IMG/VR virus record: IMGVR_UViG_3300027971_000001 | Direction: 5' to 3' (one strand) | Length of the DNA stretch: 64,000 bases | Source: a virus | Lineage: Duplodnaviria; Caudoviricetes | Part shown: in pieces, positions 56,249-64,000 of the stretch | Numbering within the stretch: the stretch's first letter is position 1 | Layout: each line of letters starts with the position of its first letter | Translations under genes and position numbers: made by a program | Notes under the pieces: model-generated | Told to the model about the DNA's origin: nothing | The model's input: the letters and a program-made list of their open reading frames with translations, nothing else | The model's database searches: none

Positions 56249-57064
56249 TTAATCAATCGTTACACTTACCGGTCCAACAAATTTCGGATTTGCACTTAGA
56301 CTGATTACGTCAGTGTTATAGAATGCACTTTGAGGTGAATTTAATGTATATGCCTCGGATTTTAGAGCATAATAATTATCATATTCAAGCAATGCTTTGG
56401 AAGAAGAAGCTGTAATATACGTATTGATGTAAAATATATTTTTGACTGGATCTGTTTCTTGTGGAAAGATCCAACCTTTTATTGTGAAGCTTGTGTCCGC
56501 CACAATTAATGCTTTTGCTGTGGGGTCTTGTTCTACAGGATATTGAAGATTAACATTACCACTCCACAATACTTCGCTTCTTATTTCCTGAATAACACCC
56601 AAATCATATGAAGATGGTATCTGCCAAGAAAGAATGATATAAGGATTGTTAAAAGGAATAAAATTACTCAAAATCTGATCCATATCGCTTTGATATCTTG
56701 TAAGAATTGACATATTAATTCCAATATCAATCGGAACAGGAGTTCTGAAAAAAGTTGTTTTCTCTTTTCGTTTACTATCCGCATCACCTTGTGGAACATA
56801 AAAACCTGCAATTTTATTAAAAACTCTGCTTTCATCCCGATTAAGACCTGTGATTGTTACGGATACAACAGGAAGTGTAAGATTTTGACCAGGAGTTACA
56901 ATATCAAACAATACCCTTTGTTTTGGGGCATAAAGATAACGAACCTTGACTTCTTTTTCAGCATCCCGATTTTGATTGAATCTTTTGATAACTGTGCCAT
57001 CAAAAGCATCTATAAAGGATGCTATAAGGTCTTTTACTTCAAAGTGATACGATTGTTGCAGCAT
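56249..57064 (-). CDS. gp15: Tail sheath stabilizer/completion protein, T4 gp15-like
   Basis: YAPKQRV, LTLPVVS, PVPIDIGINMSI...DMDQILSNFIPFNNP. Confidence 0.75.
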   Translation of the reverse strand: MLQQSYHFEVKDLIASFIDAFDGTVIKRFNQNRDAEKEVKVRYLYAPKQRVLFDIVTPGQNLTLPVVSVTITGLNRDESRVFNKIAGFYVPQGDADSKRKEKTTFFRTPVPIDIGINMSILTRYQSDMDQILSNFIPFNNPYIILSWQIPSSYDLGVIQEIRSEVLWSGNVNLQYPVEQDPTAKALIVADTSFTIKGWIFPQETDPVKNIFYINTYITASSSKALLEYDNYYALKSEAYTLNSPQSAFYNTDVISLSANPKFVGPVSVTID

Positions 57065-57087
57065 AAGTGTACCTTAAAGTATTTACT

Positions 57088-57432
57088 TTAAGATAAAGCA
57101 CTTAGAACCATATTTATATTATAATATTTTTTCTTCTTTGGAATCGGTAGTGTTTTCAAAACAGATGAAATGCTATGCATACCTTTAGAAAGGTTGTTTA
57201 AATGAAAATCAAATTCCAAATGATTCTTTTTAACACGAAATTCAAAAGGATAAGGTATTTCAAAAATCTTACGTTCTTTTCTGTCACAGGTTATAGTGAA
57301 GTTTAGGTAAAAGTCTTTTACCGAAAAAAGAAGCAGTCTTCCCTCCCGATATTGTTTATTCTCCGAAATAAAAACAACTTTTTTCTGAAGATAATCCAAA
57401 ATAGTTTTTTCGATATCTTCAGGAAGTTTCAT
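57088..57432 (-). CDS. Hypothetical protein
   Basis: ORF track; ATGA overlap. Confidence 0.65.
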   Translation of the reverse strand: MKLPEDIEKTILDYLQKKVVFISENKQYREGRLLLFSVKDFYLNFTITCDRKERKIFEIPYPFEFRVKKNHLEFDFHLNNLSKGMHSISSVLKTLPIPKKKKYYNINMVLSALS

Positions 57433-57836
57433 GTATCCATATACCTCATTTTTTCACCCGCCGAAAGAACTGCTAGCTTCTTCTCAAAGAAATCCCAAAA
57501 CTTGTCAGAAGGAATAATTTGAATCAGATCACAATCATCCATACTAATGTTTCGATAATCCTGCATGATGATATCCCAAACATTTAAAATGTTTTTTGCA
57601 GTTCGGTTAAAATATGGAACAGGCTTGCTTACGCTTATAGGTCTGAAATTAAGTGTGATTCTTCCGGCTGGACTATTCAGAAACCTTTTATCGTTGCTGC
57701 AAATCATTCTTCGTTCTGCGGGATGACCGGCTTTTGGCCGTCTCCGTGCAAATCGGATTTCAGCGACGTTGTTTTCTAGAATTGTTTTTAGAGCTTGTAA
57801 TGCTATTTTCATTTTTTCGGGGTTGGCATACGCCAA
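57429..57836 (-). CDS. Hypothetical protein, DUF2693/SH3-like candidate
   Basis: LENNVAEIRF...ERRMICS...VWDIIMQDYR pattern. Confidence 0.5.
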   Translation of the reverse strand: MAYANPEKMKIALQALKTILENNVAEIRFARRRPKAGHPAERRMICSNDKRFLNSPAGRITLNFRPISVSKPVPYFNRTAKNILNVWDIIMQDYRNISMDDCDLIQIIPSDKFWDFFEKKLAVLSAGEKMRYMDT

Positions 57837-58206
57837 AAATTCTTTGTTCGTTTATGAAAAGACCATGCTTAACCAAGCCGTGATCAACCACATCAATTTT
57901 ATTTATTTGTACGCCCATGTTATTTGGGAACATGATAATATCATTCTTTTTAACAAGCTTACAATTAGGACCAAGAAGAATGACTTTTGCCAAACGCCAA
58001 GCATTTGTCATGGCATTTGTTTTTACAATAATACCATTTCTTACAATTTCATCCTTTTCACCAGCCAAATCTGTAAATTCTGCTAAAATCACATCATCCA
58101 ATATTTTTTCAAGATTGTATCCTGTAAAAATACTATCAAATGAACTTCCGGAATGACTGCTTAAATCAATTATGCTTTTGCTTACTGGAATTTTATCTAT
58201 ATTCAC
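57760..58206 (-). CDS. GroES/gp31-like co-chaperonin candidate
   Basis: ILDDVIL...NGIIV...AKVILLGP...VKKNDIIMF pattern. Confidence 0.5.
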   Translation of the reverse strand: MNIDKIPVSKSIIDLSSHSGSSFDSIFTGYNLEKILDDVILAEFTDLAGEKDEIVRNGIIVKTNAMTNAWRLAKVILLGPNCKLVKKNDIIMFPNNMGVQINKIDVVDHGLVKHGLFINEQRIFGVCQPRKNENSITSSKNNSRKQRR

Positions 58207-58214
58207 AGTAGTAA

Positions 58215-58616
58215 TTATGAATCAGAATAAATTTGCAATAGATTTTCTAAATCTTTTGAATTTACTGTTTTCAGTATAAGTTCGGCATCTCGTGTGCCCA
58301 TTTCCATATTTTTTGTCAAAATTTTAATAGGATTTTGCTTTTTCTCCTTGTCTTTGCTTTTGCTTAGATAGTTGATTTTTCTATAAGATTTTTTTGGCAA
58401 AAATACAAATAATATTTTTGATAATAAATCAAAGTCTTCAGTTAAATGTTGTTTATTGGTTATTTTATTAACAATTTGACATGCTTCTTTATCATAAAAA
58501 CTAATCCATCTATTGAGCATAAAGCTGCCCAAATTATCACTACAATGTTCCTTCCCAACATTATTTTTGTTTTTACTAAAAAGAATGTTGTTAATGTACT
58601 GAAAGAAATTTAACAT
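58215..58616 (-). CDS. Possible clamp-loader small subunit, T4 gp62-like
   Basis: FMLNRWISF...LPKK pattern; size fits. Confidence 0.4.
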   Translation of the reverse strand: MLNFFQYINNILFSKNKNNVGKEHCSDNLGSFMLNRWISFYDKEACQIVNKITNKQHLTEDFDLLSKILFVFLPKKSYRKINYLSKSKDKEKKQNPIKILTKNMEMGTRDAELILKTVNSKDLENLLQIYSDS

Positions 58617-59176
58617 GCTGTGGATTTTAAAAATACAGAATCTGTTATCTTATAGAACATATCCACAATTGTTTGGGACAGCTTATTCATCTGTTCTTCA
58701 TTTAAATTCATTTCATATGTATATGCAGGAGAATTTTCCCCAGCAATATTACACAATGCTATATGACCCAAACCACAACCATTCAAAATTCTGTATCTTG
58801 CAATATTCAAAACACCTTGATTTTGAATAAGCCCTTTTCGTTTGAATTCCCGATTCACAATAATGTTATCCATATTCACGGCTAAAGGAATCTTTAGAAA
58901 TTCCTGGGAAAGCACGTTGGCTATTGAACTGACCAAGAAATGTGAAAATAACGCACCAGATACCGAATCATGAACAAGAGGATTCTCATAAACAATATTC
59001 AATGCTTCCTGCATTTCATCAATTCCAAATTGAGAAAAGTCATATCCTTTACCTGGATTTACAGTACCTGTGAAAACAATAACATTTCCACTAGGAAGTG
59101 CTTTGTCTCTGAAATAGGAATGCACAAACCTTTTGTTGATTATTTCGACATTAAAATTTTGTTTTGGTAGTATCAT
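58610..59176 (-). CDS. DUF366-like protein (class II aaRS/biotin-lipoate ligase-like fold)
   Basis: GNVIVFTGTV, LNIVYENP, MDNIIVN, GLGHIALCN pattern. Confidence 0.55.
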   Translation of the reverse strand: MILPKQNFNVEIINKRFVHSYFRDKALPSGNVIVFTGTVNPGKGYDFSQFGIDEMQEALNIVYENPLVHDSVSGALFSHFLVSSIANVLSQEFLKIPLAVNMDNIIVNREFKRKGLIQNQGVLNIARYRILNGCGLGHIALCNIAGENSPAYTYEMNLNEEQMNKLSQTIVDMFYKITDSVFLKSTAC

Positions 59177-60171
59177 ATGATTCTATAGTTTGTATGGGAC
59201 AGGTCAGTAATATTATACCCTCCTGAATAGGAAATGCTACTCTGCAAATCCTGTTCTATTTCTGAAAGCATTTGCAGATACGTTTTTCCATTTTCTTCAA
59301 CTAAAATGGTTGTGCCTTCTATGTTTTCAACAGAAAGATTATTGATAACTTTATTCTCATAACTGGCAGAACCGAAATATTTTTTATATATATTAAATTT
59401 TTTGAATTCTGGATCACTTTTTGAATCTGTAACAGGATATTCAACAATTGTATCGGCTGGACTATCTGAGCATGCAGCAAACATGCTTCCTATCATATTG
59501 ATAGTCGAACCTGCCACAATACTTTTGGCAATGTCTCCATGACAACGAACACCACCATCCGCCATAATTGGAATATCTATTTCTGCGCATTCCTGTATAC
59601 AAGTGAAAACAGGAAGAGTAAATCCTGTTTTATCTTTGGTTATACAAGCTTTTCCTGTTCCAATCGCAACCTTTACCATATCCGCACCCCAATCTTTAAG
59701 ATCTTGTGTTCCTTCTTTTGTTGTTACGTTTCCTGCAATAACGAATGTATCAGGAAAATCTCTTTTAATCTTTTTTATAGCTTCTTTTACTAGCAGATGA
59801 TGTCCATGGGCCACATCAATAAGAATAGAATCCACTTTAAGATTCTGTTCTTTTAACTGATCAAGAATTTTATCACACTTTTCCCTTACACCTACCGAAA
59901 TAGAGATGAACTTCCAATTTTCCTCATTTGCCCTTTTCACAAAACCAAGAGTATCACCAAATCTGTGCATCACATAAAAATACATATTTTCAGACAGTAG
60001 CTTTCCCAAGTCTTCATTGATGGTGCAAACCATATTTGAAGGGCTTACCGGCAACTTAAAAACATTATTTCCAATACAAACCTTTGTATCTGCACCTTTT
60101 CGGGTTTCCAATTCACTATACTTTGGAATTAAAACCACATCTTCAAACCCTAATGCTTTTTCAGTTTTCAT
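59173..60171 (-). CDS. guaC: GMP reductase
   Basis: FEDVVLIP, LPVSPSNM, VMHRF, IDVAHGH, IAGNV, GTGKACITK.KTGF, ADGG, LQSSISYSG; no CBS domains. Confidence 0.88.
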   Translation of the reverse strand: MKTEKALGFEDVVLIPKYSELETRKGADTKVCIGNNVFKLPVSPSNMVCTINEDLGKLLSENMYFYVMHRFGDTLGFVKRANEENWKFISISVGVREKCDKILDQLKEQNLKVDSILIDVAHGHHLLVKEAIKKIKRDFPDTFVIAGNVTTKEGTQDLKDWGADMVKVAIGTGKACITKDKTGFTLPVFTCIQECAEIDIPIMADGGVRCHGDIAKSIVAGSTINMIGSMFAACSDSPADTIVEYPVTDSKSDPEFKKFNIYKKYFGSASYENKVINNLSVENIEGTTILVEENGKTYLQMLSEIEQDLQSSISYSGGYNITDLSHTNYRII

Positions 60172-60947
60172 CGACGGCTATTATAATAATCAGTTAGCAA
60201 TTGTAAAGAGTTATCTGATATTTTAACTTTATCTTTCAAGCGTTCTAAGTTTCTGGCTTCTGTATTTCTTCCCAAAATGTTATAATTTATAAAAAAAGAA
60301 GTGTCTGTTATGTATCGGCTTGCTCTATTATTTTCAAATTTATGTTTAAGATAATGTTCAGCATTCCATATGTCAGGATAATTGAAATAATTGCTATCAA
60401 AAATTTCACGCAATCTTTGATGGGAACAAACAAAACAGGAATCATCAAAACCCCAAAGTCCACTGTCCCGAAAGTCAAAGGTGTCTGTATCATAAAGTTT
60501 AAATGATTCTGTTTTATATAACACATTTCTATGCTTCTCGGTCCATTTACCCTTTTCCACAAGATATTCGATTTTGTATGAAAGATTGATCATTTCATAA
60601 TCGGTATTGAAAACCATATTTTTCAAATCATCCCGGTTTTGTTCTGTTGCTTCATAAGAAAAAGTATCGTCCTGATAAAAGAAAAATTTGTTAATTTGTT
60701 TGCTTTCCAGAAAATTCATCAGGTAACGAATACAATCGCAATAGGTATTATTACTAAAAACAAATAAAGTGGAATTCTTTAGTATCTTGTTGTTCAAAAC
60801 ATAATTTTTAACCTCATCAGAAGGATTATGAAGCGATATGATGTTCATATCAAAATTAGAAATGAAGTCCTGAAAATACCTATCCTCTGCCCTTATCTTA
60901 AGCAAAGGCAAACGATCACCGTATGTTTGAAAAAAAGATACGTTCAC
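60168..60947 (-). CDS. Putative glycosyltransferase-like protein
   Basis: FFFYQDD motif; sugar-cluster context. Confidence 0.45.
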   Translation of the reverse strand: MNVSFFQTYGDRLPLLKIRAEDRYFQDFISNFDMNIISLHNPSDEVKNYVLNNKILKNSTLFVFSNNTYCDCIRYLMNFLESKQINKFFFYQDDTFSYEATEQNRDDLKNMVFNTDYEMINLSYKIEYLVEKGKWTEKHRNVLYKTESFKLYDTDTFDFRDSGLWGFDDSCFVCSHQRLREIFDSNYFNYPDIWNAEHYLKHKFENNRASRYITDTSFFINYNILGRNTEARNLERLKDKVKISDNSLQLLTDYYNSRR

Positions 60948-61870
60948 CCTGCGCTTTTTTTAATATTATCTGCTGCTGCTATTGCCACGTTGCTGTCATT
61001 CTGTTCCAAGTGTCGCATGTTTGTTGGATTGAATCCTCGTTCCATGGGATAATCCCCAGGATATTCCAGCATGAATGTGGCATCAATATTATGCAAAGGA
61101 ATGTCTCTCATGGTATTTCTTACATGATGATCTACATAAAACTCGGTGGATTCATCATTTCCTGCTAGCTTTGCATAGTCCTCTACCAAATTAAACATTT
61201 CACAATAACGACGCATCACTTCATGATTACCCATGGCAAATCGGTCATTTAATTTTCCATCCCGAGATACCGTAGAAAGATAATGTTGAGGTGTTAATAA
61301 TACATTCTGTTTTGCTACAAACTCCAAATCAGCATCCTGAAGACAATCAAACCAAAATTCATCTGGTCTTCCTCGCACAATCACATCATACTGAAAACCA
61401 TTCTTCTTTTCATATTCTTCAATAAGATCATAACATCCTTTTATATTATAAAGTTGTCCCAAAACATGATCGGCCACTTCCATTCCCCAACCATGACTTA
61501 CATGAACTGGATACTTGTGGTGCATCACTTCCGGAACCGGTATCTTGATTTTGCTACGATCCTGAATGTTAAATGCTCTAATATTGTGATATCCCATGAC
61601 AGTTTCTGAATCTTTTTCAATACCATCTTTGCTACACCATCCATGAACAAAAACATCTGCTTTGATTGGATCGATCATGAATTTGTTGGCCCATTCCTGA
61701 GTTATCGCAAAATTCCGTAGTCCACCCGATAAAAGAACTGCAATTTTAAGGTTGGTTTTGGTTTCTGGAACATTTATTTTAAAAAACTCCCTATTAACAA
61801 ATTGATAAACATATCGCATTCTGCTTCGGGTTGCATGCCGGACTTGATCCTGCATTTGTTCGGGTGTCAT
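60944..61870 (-). CDS. Putative glycan-related protein
   Basis: LLSGGLRNF...DVFVHGW...YDVIVRGRPD...NDRFAMG pattern seen in capsule-locus hypotheticals. Confidence 0.55.
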   Translation of the reverse strand: MTPEQMQDQVRHATRSRMRYVYQFVNREFFKINVPETKTNLKIAVLLSGGLRNFAITQEWANKFMIDPIKADVFVHGWCSKDGIEKDSETVMGYHNIRAFNIQDRSKIKIPVPEVMHHKYPVHVSHGWGMEVADHVLGQLYNIKGCYDLIEEYEKKNGFQYDVIVRGRPDEFWFDCLQDADLEFVAKQNVLLTPQHYLSTVSRDGKLNDRFAMGNHEVMRRYCEMFNLVEDYAKLAGNDESTEFYVDHHVRNTMRDIPLHNIDATFMLEYPGDYPMERGFNPTNMRHLEQNDSNVAIAAADNIKKSAG

Positions 61871-61942
61871 ATGCTTATCTTACGATGAAAGATAATTTTT
61901 CAACAATAGTTGAATTATAAAAACAAATGATTAATTAGATTC

Positions 61943-62578
61943 ATGGATGTAAACTTTATTGTTACTTGCTATAATCGGGAAAATTATTGGCCATATTTGA
62001 AAGAAATCATTAATTCTTACAAAATAATCAAACCCCATATCGCTTATTGTTATAATGGAGTAAACCAGGATGAGGTTTGTGATTTTCGTTGTGGAAATCG
62101 GGGACATATTGAAGGGGACACCGACATGATGATTGGAGGATACAATCTTTTAAAAGATAATGGAGTTAAGAATTGGATCAAATTGAGTGTAGATAGCTGG
62201 CTTCTTGATGAAGAAAAGGTTTTGGATATTCTTAAATTGATGGAAGAAAAGGATTATGTTTATGCGGGATGTCGTTGGACTGGTGATCCGTGGTTCAGTA
62301 CTGATGTTTTCTTTGCCAGAGAAAACGATTTTCATTTCATGCATAAATTCACAAAATGGGCCATTCATTATATTGAAAAGGTTGATTACTCAATCGAAAG
62401 GTGTATTGCCGATCTTGCAAAACAAAGCGGAAAGTATTACATGATTCCAGAACGTGATCCAGTTCCAGGAAATCATGGTACCCGTTATGTTGTGGAAAAG
62501 CTAGGATGGGCCATGTACCACGAACTTGATAAGAATCTGAAGATGTGGGAAGATTACAAGAAATCTAAAGTTTTGTAA
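61943..62578 (+). CDS. Hypothetical, GT-A-like protein
   Basis: FIVTCYNR N-terminus; LSVDSW. Confidence 0.5.
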   Translation: MDVNFIVTCYNRENYWPYLKEIINSYKIIKPHIAYCYNGVNQDEVCDFRCGNRGHIEGDTDMMIGGYNLLKDNGVKNWIKLSVDSWLLDEEKVLDILKLMEEKDYVYAGCRWTGDPWFSTDVFFARENDFHFMHKFTKWAIHYIEKVDYSIERCIADLAKQSGKYYMIPERDPVPGNHGTRYVVEKLGWAMYHELDKNLKMWEDYKKSKVL

Positions 62579-63003
62579 TTTTCTATAATATCTGAACAGA
62601 TACCAGCGCATCCTGAAACAAAATCATTATTAAGCTCGGGCATTACTGAAATACTGTTTTTAACAGGTTGTTTTCCGGGATAAACCCAAATATATCCATG
62701 GCTTGTAAGAGTCATGGTATCATTTTCATGCCAAAAATAATTAAGCTCTTTGTGTTTCTGCATTAATTCTATTGAAGCAACGTCTTTGCAATGCACCCAA
62801 ACATGTTCTTTTCTTTCTTTAAGCCAATTTAATCCCACAGGATAAACCGGATTGTCATGGCCAAGATGAACGATTCCTTCTATTGTATGAACGTCTATTT
62901 CACAATCATATCCATTTTTTAATACATTATCGATAACATGCGGATTGTTTTCCGTTTCGGAATTCTTTCCGTTTAGATTACCTCGATGCGATATAAGAAT
63001 CAT
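62554..63003 (-). CDS. Truncated glycerophosphodiester-phosphodiesterase-like protein
   Basis: ISHRGN...EN...CEIDV...LGHD...VHCK. Confidence 0.65.
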   Translation of the reverse strand: MILISHRGNLNGKNSETENNPHVIDNVLKNGYDCEIDVHTIEGIVHLGHDNPVYPVGLNWLKERKEHVWVHCKDVASIELMQKHKELNYFWHENDTMTLTSHGYIWVYPGKQPVKNSISVMPELNNDFVSGCAGICSDIIENYKTLDFL

Positions 63004-64000
63004 TCTGGACGATTTTTAAGATAATAATCCAAATCTTCAGGTGTGCCCAATCCCCACATCTTTTCAATATTGAATACTTTTATCTTTTTATTGTCTTCTA
63101 TTGCCTGGTTGAATACTGGACAAACATAAAATTCATTATTGACCCGGATATTTTTATGTATCATTTGTTCTGCATATTTGACATAATCAGAACCTTTTTT
63201 CCAATAATAAACACCCACAGTTGCAATATTACTGATTGGATTTTTCTCGGCCACTTCACAAACAAATCCATCATCATTCACCTTGGCATAACTCCATTTA
63301 GGATGGGTAGAATTAAAAGTCAGTATTCCTGCATCAATATCATCTGCAATCATAGAATACATGAATTCGTTGCTGTCCCATTCAATAAACTGATCAGAAT
63401 TGGCTATAATGAGGCTTTTATCATCGTTAAAATACTCTTTAGCGAGAAGAGTGGTACAAGCAGCACCCTCAGTGATTCCTTCTGTTTGTACAATCTTACA
63501 ATTAGGAGATATTATATTTAAAAGATTTTTTAAATTATATTTTTCATAATGTTCCTTTTGTACTATGAAAACATGTTCTGCATCAATATTCAAGTTTTCA
63601 ATAACAACCTGAATCATGGGCTTTCCTCGCACCTCAATAAGAGGTTTCGGGAATGTATAGCCTGCTTTTTCAAATCTGGATCCTGCTCCTGCCATTGGAA
63701 TCAGAACCCTAACATCTCCTCGACCTTGCCATTTTGGTTTAATCATATGTGTTTCCTTTCGGTTAATGAATTCTTTTAATTTATCATAATTGAGATCAGA
63801 ACTATTTTTTACTGGAAAAAGATATGCTCCAGATCTTTGTGCTGCTTTTCTTCCTATGTGTGAATCTTCAATGATAACAGTTTCATCCGGACTTGCATGA
63901 CACGCCAGCATAGCCCTTAGATACATTTCTGCACTAGGTTTTGGATTGTTTACGTCTTCATTTGAAAACAAATAATCAATATATTCAAAAAAACCTTTTC
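63000..64000 (-). CDS. HAD phosphatase / sugar-phosphate nucleotidyltransferase fusion, 5' end beyond the window
   Basis: HAD segment (SNEDV...KPSAEMY...IIEDS) followed by IPMAGAGSRF...PKPLI...IANSDQ; frame open to the edge. Confidence 0.85.
   Translation of the reverse strand, partial: KGFFEYIDYLFSNEDVNNPKPSAEMYLRAMLACHASPDETVIIEDSHIGRKAAQRSGAYLFPVKNSSDLNYDKLKEFINRKETHMIKPKWQGRGDVRVLIPMAGAGSRFEKAGYTFPKPLIEVRGKPMIQVVIENLNIDAEHVFIVQKEHYEKYNLKNLLNIISPNCKIVQTEGITEGAACTTLLAKEYFNDDKSLIIANSDQFIEWDSNEFMYSMIADDIDAGILTFNSTHPKWSYAKVNDDGFVCEVAEKNPISNIATVGVYYWKKGSDYVKYAEQMIHKNIRVNNEFYVCPVFNQAIEDNKKIKVFNIEKMWGLGTPEDLDYYLKNRPE

Noticed and set aside
59173-60171. IMP dehydrogenase (guaB)
   Set aside because: Short, no CBS domains, and the GKACITK.KTGF motif matches GMP reductase rather than the IMPDH GSICTTR motif
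572-63779. Many antisense or overlapping short ORFs in the track (e.g. 572, 682, 1686, 6098, 7175, 23834, 47010, 53169, 53917)
   Set aside because: They are shadows of well-supported genes on the opposite strand or frame, with no motifs or start signals
1-64000. Alternative genetic code (stop-codon reassignment)
   Set aside because: Conserved genes (portal, purA, guaC, uvsE, rfbB) are full length in code 11, and TAA, TAG and TGA all end genes

Overview
A 64-kb segment of a large, AT-rich T4-like myophage genome, probably from an aquatic metagenome. A small DUF4032-like gene hints at a Verrucomicrobiota host (inference). Most genes are on the minus strand. Core phage genes include a T4 gp20-like portal, a gp15-like tail completion protein, and possible gp62-like and GroES-like proteins. 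There is also an RpoD-like sigma factor and one tRNA-Asn. Host-recognition genes include three paralogous 1000-1270 aa fibre/structural proteins, a coiled-coil/tail-fibre fusion, a BspA-type LRR protein and a beta-helix-like protein. Nucleotide and repair genes include purA, guaC, a dCMP-deaminase-like gene, uvsE, a thermonuclease and a PD-(D/E)XK nuclease. Two sugar-modification clusters are present. Four observations stand out. (1) A glycosyltransferase + three radical-SAM/SPASM + sulfotransferase island is translationally coupled to the fibre genes, a candidate virion glycan-tailoring system. (2) An LCIB-type beta-carbonic anhydrase with intact zinc ligands sits directly behind the portal. 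(3) Near-identical DNA blocks flank variable receptor-binding-type inserts in the fibre genes. (4) Leaderless gene starts recur behind two promoter classes. All family assignments are by motif recognition; no database searches were run.
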